Source of the DNA: Chiloscyllium plagiosum
Taxonomy: Eukaryota
DNA length: 64,000 nt
Reading direction: 5' to 3'
Assembly (NCBI RefSeq): GCF_004010195.1
Contig: NC_057719.1
Location: forward strand, 88,067,352-88,131,351
In this document: piece by piece, positions 25,601 to 42,559 of the stretch
Layout of the letters: each line of letters starts with the position of its first letter
Position numbering within the stretch: position 1 is the stretch's first letter
The notes under the pieces: generated by a model
What the model was told of the DNA's origin: nothing
The model's database searches: none
What the model saw: the letters and a program-made list of their open reading frames with translations, nothing else
Translations under genes and position numbers: made by a program

Positions 25601-26512
25601 TTAAAAGACTAGTGTATAAGACCAGTAACACACACACTTGTGGATTGCTGTTCTTTTTAACCCTTTTGTATATCCTTGAAAGGTTAAACACAAACATGTC
25701 TGCAGGAGGTGGCCACTTGCTGAGAGAGAGTGGTGTGGGTAGTCAGCCTCTCATTATCACTTTAGTTTCATTTTTTTCTGTTTGGAGTTTCCCTCACTCT
25801 GAACAGGTGTGACTTTCCACAGATCCACAAAAGACTCTGCCAGACAGTCACTAACTTACATCCAAACCAACCTTTGGCTGTACATTCCTCTTCTATAAAA
25901 AAAGACTTGCTTAAGTTCAGTATATCCATAAGCATTTTGGATTTGTGACATCATGAGAGTTGTACTAGGATTTTTGATTGTAAAGTGAGAAAAATGTATT
26001 AATGTACAATAACTATAGGACAGGTGATGTATTGCTGCTGCAGTTTGTGGGGGCTGATTGATTGTGGGGGCTGTGATCCAAGACAACCACATCTGAAGTG
26101 CGAGGAACTTTGGCTCTGTCATTAAGCTGGAGAACGAGTTGCAAATGCTATGATGCAAAAAGGACCAGAAAAATTACAAAGACATTTTATTTAAAAAGGC
26201 AGTCACATCCCTTAAGGTACAATCGTCTGATTTGCTCTAGGGTCAGAGACAGGGAAGTGTGACTGTAAGTGAGGCAGAAAAGGAGATAGAGAAGATAGAA
26301 GCGGTGGAGGTGCAGCTTTGTAATTGTGCAACAGGTTTGAGCTTCTTGCAGATTGTGTGAATGTGAGCGAGGGTTGCAAGGTGAATGAACAAATGTACGA
26401 TGGCAGAGTGGTATAGGAAGCCATTTAAGTGGGTTAGCAAATGAGTATGTAGTTGGAGAGATTAACCATTGTTTGCAGTTGAGAATTCGAGTCCAGAAGG
26501 TTACGTTGTCTG

Positions 26513-26609
26513 TGTTGAGAGTGTGTTGCTGGAAAAGCACAGCAGTTCAGGAAGCATCAGAGGAGCAGGAAAATTGACGTTTTGGGCCAGAGCCCTTCAT
26601 CAGGGATCA
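26513..26609 (-). mobile_element. Penelope-derived short element
   Basis: Family sequence with TSD gtta(c/t)gttgtctg at 26500-26512 and 26610-26622. Confidence 0.8.
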
Positions 26610-27569
26610 GTTATGTTGTCTGCCTGAGTTTGGAATATCTGCTCTGGGGAAGAGAAGAAAAGTGATGTAGTGTAAATAAAATCAGAGCGAAGAATGTCTG
26701 ACTCATAAATTAATGTGGGAGATATGGGTTTCAGCTTATTAGCTACTGACATCAGTATTGGAAAATTGGGTGAGGTACCATTGAGATTATCTTCATCTGA
26801 ATAGTGTTGGGACAGGAAGTCTCATTACCAGGATGGTCACAAAGGCTTTAATCTAAAGAGTGAAGGTGAAGAGATTACATGAGAGATGTGGTAAATCAAA
26901 GGGAGGCAATCAAATAAGAGAACAAGTTAATAATTTGTGTAAGGATAACCAGAATGTGGCAAGAAGGACCAGAAAGCACAAATATAAGCATTCACAAGCA
27001 GAAAGGGCTGGTACCTTAATATTGAAGGGGATTTGACATTTTGAAAAGAGTGGAATTGAGGAAAAGGTGGCACAGCCATTCTGTTAATAAAGGATGTCAT
27101 TAGTACAGCAATGAGAATGAATGGGTGAATCCTCATAAATTCTTTAATTACCTCAATAAGCAGGTCCCCTCACTTGTTCTGTGATCATATCTATGCACAG
27201 ACGACGCCTCATCTATTTTGTGACTATTCTGAATTGACCACCCTTCATGCAATACGCCACTAAACAGTAACTCCCCACTCATGGTGTGAATAAATCTCTG
27301 AAGTGGATAAGTGTTCACAGACTGAAAGTAACCCAGAATGGCATGAGGCTTTGGAATAAGTTAAAAGTCTGAGGTAAGGACATTGCATTGGGCAGTGTAA
27401 ACAGGAACAGGACATAACTCAATATGCTTAGGTTATTGTGGTGGGTATATCTTTGATCTGTTGGAAGAGTCAACAAATTCTTCATGGCTATTCTTGTTTA
27501 GGTGTTAATGTTGGGATGTTTGGGCATTATATATGAGTTGGTTTGTGTCACCGAGGTTTTAATTTACAG

Positions 27570-27731
27570 GGTCATCCAGTGTGGTTTACCACTGTGGCGA
27601 GAAATACAAGGAGAGGATCATCATGGACAACCTTTCCGAATATCAGAAACACCTCCAAGAGCGCTTCCCCAAGCCCCCAGAAGAGTGGTTGGAGGACAAA
27701 GGGGACAAAGACAAACAGCAAGTACCTCCAG
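27570..27731 (+). CDS. HEATR4: HEATR4 coding exon 3
   Basis: Acceptor aatttacag|, phase 1. Encodes IIMDNLSEYQKHLQERFPKPPEEW. The frame-compatible donor is G|GTCTGA at 27731/27732; the 3' boundary is less certain (see findings). Confidence 0.8.
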
Positions 27732-27784
27732 GTCTGAACACCATTAAAAGCTATGTGAGTAATCTGGGGTGTTTGTCACTTCCG

Positions 27785-28620
27785 AGAGTCATAGAGATGT
27801 ACAGCATGGAAACAGACCCTTTGGTCCAACTCGTCCATGCTGACCAGATATCCCAACCTAATCTGGTCCCACTTGCCAACACCTGGCTCATATCCGTCCA
27901 AATTCTTCCTATTCATATACCCATTCAGATGCCTTTTAAATATTGCAATTGTACTAGTCTCCACCACTTCCTCTAGCAGCTCATTCCATACGTACCACCC
28001 TCTGCATGTAAAGGTTGCCCCTTAGGTCTATTTATATCGTGGTCTATTTATATTTATTACACCAAACCTATGCCCTCTAATTCTGGACTCCCCCACCCCA
28101 GGGAAAAGACTTTGTCTATTTATCCTACCTATGCCCCTCATGATTTTGTATACCTCTATAAGGTCACCCCCTCAGCCTCCGATGCTCCAGGGGAAAACAG
28201 CCCCAGCCTATTCAACCTCTCCCTATAGCTCAAATCCCTCCAACCCTGGCAACATCCTTGTAAATCTTTTCTGAACCCTTTCCAGTTTCACACATCTTTC
28301 CGATCGGAAGGAGACCAGAATTGCACGTGGTATTCCAACAGTGGCCTAACCAATGTCCTGTACAGCCAAGCTCTTTATTCAGCAACACTCCCGAGGACCT
28401 TATCATTAAGTGTATAAGTCCTAAGATTTGCTTTCCCAAAATACATTTATCTAAATTAAACTCCATCTGACACTTCTCAGCCCATTGTTACATCTGATCA
28501 AGATCCCATTGTAATCTGAGTTAACCTTCTTTGCTGTCCATTACACCTCCAATTTTGGTGTCATCTGCAAACTTACTAACTATACCTCTTAGGCTCACAT
28601 CCAAATCATTTATATAAATC
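27785..28620 (-). mobile_element. CR1 3' fragment
   Basis: Reverse-complement similarity to 18460-19407. Starts about 50 nt after coding exon 3. Confidence 0.9.
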
Positions 28621-29734
28621 TTATGGTAGAAGTTACCTGCTCAACATTTGGAAGACTGAAAATCTTGCCTTTGAGCCTGTTACAAGCTCCACTTAGTGCC
28701 ATACCCATGGACTGATAAAATACACCTAGCTCCCTTACGTGTATTTTTCAGGGCTCACTCCCACATGCATTGAATAGACCTCCTATGAGCCCCCTCTCAG
28801 AAATACCTTGGTGACTCATCAAAGTTGATCAGCTCCCAAGAATCCTTTAAAGTTTTATTAATTTCACCTCCCGTCTGGTAAGTTCACAGCTTCTTTCAAA
28901 TAGGCTTCTTAAATCCTCTTTCAAGGATTCCTTCTTCAAATTAAGTATATTCTACCAGAACTGATTATCTCAAAAGCTACATTAGTTTCTACATTATCAG
29001 TGACGTTAATAGTTTTAAATACTTGAATCAGATCCTATCAGAACTCACCTCTCCAGGATATCCAACCCCAAGCCTGAGGTCTATCTTAGGCCTGAGATCG
29101 TCCACTTTGCCTTTCTTTGTCCCATCTCCAAGGTCTCAAAGTTCTTTAAATGGGTAGAATAAAGCTATACACAGCAGTTCAGCATTATATAAATATGAGT
29201 TGCATTGCTGTTTCGTCTTTTTTAATGAATAAAAGTTCTCGATGTGCCAGGCACAGCTTTATGTAGTGTTTAATATAGAAAAGTTTAACAATGTGTATCA
29301 CAGAGGTGTAATCATAAAGTGAGCGCTGAAGTATAGGGGAAAACATTAGATACAGTGAGCAAAGGCTTGTATCGAGGGGAATTTAAAGGAGGGTATAAAC
29401 AAAAAGATAGAAATGGAAATATAGAAGGGAATAGAAAGAGAATTCCAGGAGTGTGAGGCCTACACTGAAGAGACAGCTGACACTAATGAAGGGAGTGAGA
29501 GATGCGCAAAAGACCAGAAGTCAGAGGGAGTTGTAGAGCAGAAGAGGGTACAAATAATGAAAGAAGGGATGTGAGGTCAGAAGTTCAGCTTGAATAGTGA
29601 ACAATCTGACTCAGCCTGAGATTGGCCCAGGGGAATGGAGTGGATGGGAAAGGTGTGAGGTTTGACGCTAGAGATCAAGATGATGACTTTGCTCTTTCCA
29701 AATTTAGCAAAGAAACTGTGGTTCAGTTGTAGAG

Positions 29735-30543
29735 GGCTATCTTGGCAGATAGAATATAACATGGGAAAATGTGAGGTTATGCACTTTTGTGTGAAGAATA
29801 GAGGAGTTGAATATTGTTTAAATGGAGAAAGACTGCAGAAAGTTTCAGGATAGAGGAATTTGGGAGGCCTCAGACATAAATCACAAAATACTGGCATCAT
29901 CACGTTTGGTGGTAATATGAACACAAGTCAAACTGTGGCCTTTATTTCAAAGGGAATTGAGCATAAAAATAGGGAGTCTTTTGCTAAATTTATACAAGGT
30001 ACAGACCACAGGTGAGCAGTATTGGACTGCTTATCTAATGAAAGATATGCTAGCATTGGAGGCAATCCAGGGAAGGCTGCGTCTCCTGCTTTTTGTCATT
30101 TATAAATGACTTGGATGTGAAAAGAGGAGGAATGGTTAGCAACTTTGCAGATGACACCAAAATTGATGGTGTAGTGGACAGTGAAGAAGGTCATCTCGGA
30201 GTACAACATTGATTAGATGGGCCAGTGGACCAAGGAGTTGAAGATGGAGTTTAATTTAGATAAATGTCAAGTGTTGCACTTTTGTAAGGCAAATCAGGGT
30301 AGAATTTGTACAGTTAATACTAGTGTTTGGGAATGTTGCTGAACAAAGAGACCTTGGGTGGAGGTGCATAGTTCCTTGAAGTGGAGTCACAGGGTGGTGA
30401 AGAAGGCATTTGGCACACTTGCCTTCATTGGTCAGTGACGTTGAGTCTTGGAGTTGGGATGTCATGTTGTGGCTGTACAGGACATTGGTGAGCCACTTTT
30501 AGGATATTGTATTCAGTTCTGGTCTTCCTGCTATAGGAAAACG
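29735..30543 (+). mobile_element. CR1 RT fragments
   Basis: WQIEYN..KCEVMHF and NFADDTK motifs. Confidence 0.8.
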
Positions 30544-30544
30544 T

Positions 30545-31525
30545 TAGAAATCACACCACCAGGTTATAGTCACAGGATAATTTTGAAGCACTAGCTTTTG
30601 AACGTTGCTCCTTTATCAGGTAGCTGTGGAACGGGATCATAAGACATAAAATTTATAGCAAAAGATTACAGTGTCAAGCAACTGAAATGATATATTGAAC
30701 AAACCTAGATTGCTGTTTAGGATGGGTTACACGTTTCATTAATATGTAACCCCCAGAAATTTTAAGTCACATTCTTGAGATAACTTAAGGTTTTGTATAT
30801 AAAAAAGGAGACATCTCAGCTCCGACAATGTATTAAAGGTTAAGTCTACCTGTATCCCAAACTTAAATCAGACTGGCTTCATTTCCCAAGTAGGAATTTA
30901 TAAAATATTACATGAATTAACAGCCTGCAGTTTTTGAGTAAAATAGAATGTATTTGCAAATGAACTTCTGCAAATGCAAATTCACCCGTAGACTTGTATG
31001 TGTGCATGCAAAGAGAGTATGAGTGCACACAAGAGTGAGTGTGTGCAAGCTTGGTAAAGTGTGTGTGTGTGAGTGTGATGGAGTATAAGCCTGTGAGAGT
31101 GTGTGTGTGTGTATGAGAGAGGGTCTGTAAGAGTGTGTGTGTATGAGAGGGTGTATAGTGCAGTGGAGTCACCTGTAATGTGACGTGAACCAAGGTCCCG
31201 GTTGAAGTCATCCACTTGGGTTCCAAACTCTGCTATCAGCATCTTTTCGGTCACTCTGCGTTGTTGCGTATCCCGAAGTCCGCCTAGGAGGATAGTCACC
31301 TGGAGATCAGAGGCAAATGTCCCTCACCGCTGAAGTATCTACTGACTGGGAGGAAACATCCCTGTCTGGCGATTGTTGCGCAGTGTCCATTCATCCATTG
31401 TCATAGCATCTGCTTGGTCTCGGCAATGTACTATGCCTTGAGGCATCCTTGCCTGTAGCGTATGAGGTAGACAATGTTGGCCGAGTCATGTGATTACCTG
31501 CCGCATACATAGTGGGTAGTATCCA
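30545..31525 (-). mobile_element. Penelope-like element 3' part (GIY-YIG, CA-rich spacer, terminal repeat with AGCT-type hammerhead)
   Basis: The minus strand gives ANIVYLIR..GCLKA*YIAETKQ and RRVTEKMLIAEFGT...FNRDLG. The reverse complement of 30588-30624 is tac-ctgataa-aggagc-aac-gttc-aaaa-gcta-gtg. A related terminal repeat lies at 60600-60752. Confidence 0.8.
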
Positions 31526-32757
31526 CGTCTTGCAGTGATTGCCATTTTCACTTCGTCTCTTAAATAGGTAATCCTTTATTTTTAAACAGTGACCCCTGGT
31601 TCTAGATTCGCTCAAGAGAGGAAACATCCTCTCAACATCCATCCTGTCAAGACCCCTCAGGAACTTGTGTTACAATGAAGTAATCTTTTACTCTTTGAAA
31701 CACAAGCAAATACAAGCTATCCAACCTTTCCTCATAAGGCAACAGCTTGGTTTCAAGTATTAGTGTAGTAAACCTTCTCTGACTGCCTTCAATGCATTTG
31801 TATTCTTCAAGTAAGGAAACACTACAGTACACAGTACTCCTGATATGGTTTCACTGAAGCATAACATTTCATTGTGACTTTCCCTCACAGTAAAAAATAA
31901 CTCTTCTAATTATTTGATCAATTGGGGACTATATGAGGCCTGATTTTAACTGCGTTGAAGTCAATGAGTTTTAAGTGAGTTAACGCCTATTACCTTAGAC
32001 ACATGGCATTTGGCCCTTCCTTTGTTTTCACTGAGGTAGAATCATAAGCCAAGAAAGAAGAACACTCCTCATGTGATGAATAAAATTAAAACATGCATAG
32101 GCCTTTTTGAATTTGGGTATGTGGTGGCCTTGAAATGTTCCTTCTCGGATGATGTCACATCATCATTGAATCACAGTTGAAAGAGCTGTGAAATTAGTCT
32201 TATTCCTTTGCTCATAACCCAAAGCCATACATTTTGTTCAATGCCTTCTTGAAACTAAAGCTTTCAGCTTTTAGCAATCTTTCAGACAGAGCAATGCAGA
32301 TCATCGTAACTCGCTGTTTAAAAAATATTTTTCCTCTCCTTTGGTTCTTTTGCCGGTTATCTTAAACCAGTGTCCTCTGGTTACTGACTCCCCTGCCAAT
32401 TAAACTAGCTTCTCATCCTTCACTGTATCAAAACCCTTTATAATTTTGAACACCACTAAAAGGGTTTCCCCCTTACCTTGTGCTAATCTTGGGAGAGTAA
32501 ATCCAGCTTCTGTAGTCTCTCCACAAAACTGATCTATTTCATCCCTGGTACTGCTGTAGTAAATCTCTGTTTAACTTATCCCAAAGCTTGACGTCTTTTC
32601 TAAACCCAGCAATGAATGCAATATTCCAACTGAAGCCCAACCAGTGGTTTGTAAATGATAATGTTATATGTCCTTTTTATGAGTGGCATTCTGACACTCC
32701 TAGTGATATGCTCTTGACCAGCCAAGGATGAGAAATATTTGGCACCAATTCAATATT

Positions 32758-32986
32758 TGGAGTTTGCACATTCTTCCCATGTCTGCGTGGGTTTCCTCCG
32801 GGTGCTCCGGTTTCCTCCCACAGTCCAAAGATGTGCAGGTCAGGTGATTTGGCCATGCTAAATTGCCCGTAGTGTTAGGTAAAGGGGTAAATGTAGGGGA
32901 ATGGGTGGGTTACGCTTCGGCGGGTCGGTGTGGACTTGTTGGGCCGAAGGGCCTGTTTCCACACTAAGTAATCTAATCTAATCTAA
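32758..32986 (+). mobile_element. 5'-truncated HE1-like SINE
   Basis: HE1 body with a (taatc)n tail. Confidence 0.9.
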
Positions 32987-33219
32987 AACAGGCAGCCAAA
33001 CAGCTTGAGGTGGCATAACTAATGGAAGAGATAATGACAGCTGCTTCTCAAGTCAGAATAGTGTTGCTCAAGATGTCTAAAGGATGAGGATAAAAATAGC
33101 GGGTATTCAGAAATCGGGGCGATTTTCAATTGTGCCACTTCCAAGAATGGAAAATAGAATCACTGATACTCAGTCTGTTTCTGCCAGTGGAGGAACTGAT
33201 TGCATCTTTGTCCATACAG

Positions 33220-33414
33220 GTTCCAAGAGGGTGTCGAAAGGCCTAAGGCGGTGGACAGGCCTGCCTACCCTCGCTGATTACACTATGGAGCAAGGACTGA
33301 GATTACCAGACTATGAACTGGTGGAAAAAAAAGTGAAGAAATCCTTTAAAATGCAAGAGGACCTGCAAGTGATGCGCAACATGGTCACGGGATGGATCAA
33401 AGCTTGGCACATCT
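33220..33414 (+). CDS. HEATR4: HEATR4 coding exon 4
   Basis: Acceptor tccatacag|, phase 1. Encodes KGLRRWTGLPT...MRNMVTGWIKAWHI. Donor T|GTAAGT, phase 1. Confidence 0.9.
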
Positions 33415-33947
33415 GTAAGTTTTCTGCTCAGGAAAGAATTAGCAAATTATGTCCGTGATTTTCCTCATTCCAATAGCTGCTGTAGGCTCTTGAATGTCAA
33501 ATATTCCCTCGGGTGCTGATTATTGCAGAGTGACAAGAATTTAATATTTATTTGCCCGGTTTTGCGCGATCTGTTTCCAGTCTATTCTGTTTAAATTGGT
33601 GGAAGTGTCATGCGGTATGCTAGAGGGTGTCCTCTGTGTGAAGGCAGGACTTGGTCTAAACAAGGTGGGTTTAAAGTTCTGCACAGGTCACGCTCCTTCC
33701 TGAAATGGCATAAGTGGATCAGATGGGTTTATAGGTCTTGTTAAATAACTTTGTGGTCACTTATAGTCAGGATTGGAATACTCTTCCCATGGAGCTTTTA
33801 TTCTTAAGGGAAAGCTCATTTGTTACAAATGTTTAGTTAAAACTTGAAGTGAGCTAGCCCCCAAGCAATCCATGACAACAATGAGAGTCAGCACCCATTG
33901 AATCAACCCTCTGACAGAGTCAGGAACCATTGAACCTACACCGAATC

Positions 33948-34325
33948 AGAGACATAGAGATGTACAGCATGGAAATAGACCCTTTGGTCCACCTCATACT
34001 TGCTGAAAAGATATCCTACATTAATGTCGTCCCATTTGCCAGCCCTTGGCCCATACCCCTCTAAACTCTTCCTATTCATATACCCATCCAGGTGCCTTTT
34101 AAATGCTGTAATTGTACCAGCCTCCACCACTTCCTCTGGCAGTTCATTCCATATACGCACCACCCTCTGCATGAAAACGTTACCCCTTAGGTTCCTTTTA
34201 AAATTTTCCCCTCTTACCCTAAACCTTGCCCTCTAGTTCTGGACTCCCCCACACCAGGGAAAAGACCTTGTTTATTTACCGTATCCACGCCCCTCATGAT
34301 TTTATAAACCTCTAAAAGGTCACCT
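33948..34325 (-). mobile_element. CR1 3' fragment
   Basis: QRVVRIWNELPEEVVEAGTITAFKRHLD. Confidence 0.9.
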
Positions 34326-34382
34326 CTCACCCGTCAAACCTACACCCAATCAAAGTCAGCACCTGTGGAACTTGCCACCTGA

Positions 34383-34825
34383 GTGACAGCCAGCTCCCTT
34401 TGTCCCCATCGTCTCCCCAGTGACATCTCCCCTTGTCCCCGTCTCCCCAGTGACAGTCAGCTCCCCTTGTCTCCATCGTCTCCCAGTGATAACTCCCCTT
34501 GTACCCGTCTCCCCAGTGACCGTCAGCTCCGCTTGTACCCGTTGTCTCCCCAGAGACAGTCAGCACCCCTTGTACCCATCGTCTCCCCAGTCTCAGCTCC
34601 CCGTACGTGTCTCCCCAGTGACAGTCAGCTCCCCTTGTACCCGTCGTCTCCCCAGTGGCAGTCAGCTCCCCTTGTACCTGTTGCCTCCCCAGTGACAGTC
34701 AGCTCCCCTTGTACCTGTTGCCTCCCCAGTGACAGTCAGCTCCCTTTGTACCCGTCGCCTCCCCAGTGGCAGTCAGCTCCCTTTGTACCCGTCGCCTCCC
34801 CAGTGACAGTCAGCTCCCATTGCAC
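34383..34825. repeat. 37-bp C-rich minisatellite
   Basis: Unit ccccagtgacagtcagctccccttgtacccgtcgtct, about 12 imperfect copies. Confidence 0.9.
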
Positions 34826-35976
34826 CTGCCAGTTAGCATGTGTGGAACCCGCACTTACTGGCTCTCTAGGGTACAGGCTGTACAGACATTTGATTCTCAC
34901 GGGGTTACAGATTTCACACTCATTGACTTATGCTGAAGAATGGTTTTCCAAAGTGCTGAATCATTTAACGAATTAATTCAAAATTTGCAACGTATATTCA
35001 TTCCCTTAAGGAATAAAAACTTCATTGGGAAAGTGTTCATGCAGTGTCGAAGATAGGGGTGTTGGTCGTAGTGCACGATTAACAGAAAGAGGCCCAGCTC
35101 TTGTGATCATGGTTAATGCTGAATAAATTGCAGCTTTTCATCCTGATCAAATTGCCCAATTTCAATTTGGATTTGGGATCCTGCCTGCAACAAAATGAGC
35201 TAGGTTAATCTCACTGTTTTAAGTCTAAGAAGGGTAGGAGTGTTCTCGAAAGGAGACTTTATGCATCCTATTTATGACCCAACTGCCATTTTCAACTAAT
35301 TAAAGTTCTCGAGTCTCTAAATAAATGAATGTGGGTGAGCAGGAGAGTGAGTGAGTAGCTGGATGTGTTGAACTTGGATTTTCAAAATAACATTTGATAA
35401 GGTGCCACATAAGTGGCTGTTGCACACAATTTGGTCCCATGAAATTGGGAGAATATATTAGCAAAGACTAAGAATTACTTAATGGGGCTAAAAATAGAAA
35501 GTAGAAATAAATGGGTCACTTCCATTGTGCCAGGCTGTAACTATCAGTTATAAAGATCAAAATTCAAAGATCAATCCTAGGGCCTCCGCTATTTACAATT
35601 CATAATTGATAACTTGGGTGTTTGTGATATTTTCTAGTTTAACAATAGTCATAGGAGCGCTGGTTCCCTCTCTCATCTTAGCCAAGGGACTTTTGTTCAT
35701 GTGTGAACCCAAACTGTGATTCTGGCATCAGATCTTCTCCTAAGTCAGGTTCCTTGGATAGTGATTAGCAATGAGAGCTCTGTCCTATTTCTTCCCCAAC
35801 ATCCCTCCTGTCAACTGACTGAGAGCTGAACACTTGACCTTGCTGCATGTAGTTTCAGTATAAACTGGATTCTTCTCGGATACAATCATCAACTGTATCA
35901 TGAATCTCTCTACAGTACTATGTAAGCTGGAAACAGTGATATAAAATACTGTTTTTTAAATTGTGTTACGGTCTAG

Positions 35977-36111
35977 ATTCACATTGGCAGGATATCACAA
36001 TCGAAGAACTGAAGAGGGACCTCAAAGCAATACATAGTTATGTCCAGCTCAGTGCTCTCGCAACCTGTGCATCAGGAGCTATTGAGCGTCCACAACTGGA
36101 AGAAGACAAAG
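35977..36111 (+). CDS. HEATR4: HEATR4 coding exon 5
   Basis: Acceptor ggtctag|, phase 1. Encodes WQDITIEELKRDL...ALATCASGAIERP. Donor G|GTGTGA, phase 1. Confidence 0.87.
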
Positions 36112-36619
36112 GTGTGATTTACATGTATATGTCTAGGAAATTCCATTTTAGTGTTGCATCGTTGCATGCCTAAAATGTTTGCAGCTGTCTTGACCTTATC
36201 AATAGCACAAAGATCTGTGATCTTTGTAAACAGAAGCAGTTTAGGTGCTTCCCAGGGCTGTATAACAATGGAACACCATTGTTGATTCTAACGCTGTCAT
36301 AGCCAGTATCTTTTGCTCATCTTTGCATTCAACTGAGTACTTTGCTAGGCAATTAAGAGTCAATCACATGACTGTGACTCTGGAGTCACAAGTAGGTCTC
36401 CCCCACCCGGCCGAATCCCAGCCTGGTGATTAAGAGTCACTGGGAGATTGAGAGCAATTTTCATAAAGAACTGATTCATTTTTTTCTTGTGTGCCCAGTT
36501 TTGTTGATGTCTGTCTGTTGTTTTTGGAATATGTCAGTTACAGAGATGGACTGCAAAAAGAAAAAAAAAACAATCTAAACCCCCCCTTCCTTGGCTGTAG
36601 TGTGTAGAGCAATAGAGCA

Positions 36620-36648
36620 TTCTCTCTCTGTCATTCTCTGTCTGTCTG

Positions 36649-36690
<42 letters not shown>

Positions 36691-36726
36691 ACACACACAC
36701 ACACACACACTTTCTCTCTCACACTC
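36620..36726. repeat. Compound (CT)n/(CA)n microsatellite
   Basis: Directly visible. Confidence 0.9.
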
Positions 36727-37074
36727 TTGTCACGTGCAGGCACACACTAATCATAGCACGAAGAGTTGTGACACATACTGACAGTAACAGGTACAATGTC
36801 AGGAGGGGCACACAGCAATAGAAACAATATATATACTCACGCATACAGAGAGAATTTCACTGAAAATAATGGGTCTGTTTGGGAGAATTGGACACAATAA
36901 CAGGAATATTATGGAGTCACAAAAATCAGGAACAATTGGGAGAATCTCTCCGTCACGGAAAAATATGGGGTGACATGCTGAGACTTGCATGAGGATAGAG
37001 AGGATTGCTCACTATGTAGCAGGAACAACTGGGAGAACCTCACACAGTATAACAGGAAATGTGAAACAAGCAAT

Positions 37075-40850
<3,776 letters not shown>

Positions 40851-42268
40851 TAACTAAACTCTCCAGCCCAAACACCCTGATATTCCCTTTGTATCCTCTC
40901 CAGTGCTATCATATCCCTTCTATAGTGCAGATTCCAGAACTACATACAAACCTCTTGCTGTGACCTAATTATGTGGATGATTATCATAGAATCCCTATAG
41001 TGTGGAAACAGGCCATTTGGCCCAACAAGTGCACATAGAGAATGCCCTATATGCTACAGCTAAAGGAGGGGAGGTACCCTATTACTCTATATTTCCCCTG
41101 ACTAATGCACCTAACCTACACATCCCTGAACATTTATTTGGATTGAATTATTTGGATAAAAATAATGTGGACAGATATGGACAAAAAGTGGGAGATTGCC
41201 ATGAAGCAACATTGCTCATTTGAAAAATTGGTGCCAGCAGGATGAGTGGAGTGGCCTCCTTCTATCCCATAACACATCAGTGTAGCATCACATCTAGAGA
41301 ATCAGGGCAAATTGGACAGCAGCATCCGGTTTGCCATGTTTAACTTACAGGTAAAGTCTGCAGAGGCTGCTGCTGATTTACTCCATAATATGTTGAGTGC
41401 TGATGGTTTCATTGCATCTCTTCACACAAAAGCAGGCCAGAATGTGTCTTCACCTATTCCCATTACTGTCAATGGGGGTTTCATTTATTGAATCTTTCAT
41501 GGGATCTGGGCATCTCTGTTTGCCCTAATTACCATTGAACCAAGTAGCTTGGTAGGCCATTTCAGAGAGGGCAGGTTGGCCATATTTCTACATGTGGCTT
41601 CAGACCCATTGCATAGACCATTTGAAGATAGTAGTAGATTTACTTCTCTAAACAATAGACAATAGGTGCAGGAATAGGCCATTCTGCCCTTCGAGCCTGC
41701 ACCACCATTCAATATGATCATGGCTGATCATCCTTAATCAGTATCCTGTTCCTGCCTTATCTCCATAACCCTTGATTCCACTATCCTTGAGAGCTAATAT
41801 ACATGAAAATGTTTGAATCATCAGTTTCTCCTTCCATGAGATGAGATGTTTAGTTACTGTGAGGCATCCCTGAAGAGCCAATTGTGTGGGGGGCCATGGC
41901 ATTCCATGTCAGCTTTTCTCTCCCTTGAGGCAAGATGTTCAACAGCCGCGAGTTAACCCAGCTGGCATCCATTTGTGAACTGACAAAACACATGAGCGGA
42001 CCAGGTGGGATTTTACAACAACCGATAGTTTCATGGCTGCCGTCACAGATTAACGTTTGATTCCAGATTCTTTCTCTTTTATAAATAAATCCAAATTCCA
42101 CCTTCTGCCTGGATGGAATTTGAGCCTGTGTCTTTAGAGCAATCCAGTGACAGTACCATTATGCAACTGTCACTGTTGGAATACTGAGAGTCATAACAGG
42201 GCTGTACACAGACAGAACAAGTTTTCATGTGACTGAATTTCTGTAAAATGCCAATGATTTCATTCCAG

Positions 42269-42457
42269 ATCGTATCAATCTTCACTTGAGGAATGTGAGT
42301 GAAGTTCAAGCTGTGCCCGAGTCTCTTCAACCGCTGATTAGTGAGGCCCTGAACAGCAGTAACAAGCACGTACAATTGGCAGCAGCCATCTGCCATGTCA
42401 CAATGGAGAAAGTGAATGATAGAGTCTTAGAGATCCTTCGTGACAACCTCCTTCACG
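42269..42457 (+). CDS. HEATR4: HEATR4 coding exon 6
   Basis: Acceptor cattccag|, phase 1. Encodes the HEAT-like VPESLQPLISEALNSSNKHVQLAAAIC. Donor G|GTATGA. Confidence 0.9.
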
Positions 42458-42559
42458 GTATGAACTATCACTGGTTGATCCATGAGAAAGCCTTGTATAT
42501 ATATCCAGTGCCCTTCACAGCTTCAGGATTATCCAACTTCTAAAGTCAAAGAGTAATTA

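Noticed and set aside
36780..37065. Faint degenerate repeat (acaggaacaa.tgggagaa.ctc)
   Set aside because: Too eroded to define a unit or copy number by eye.
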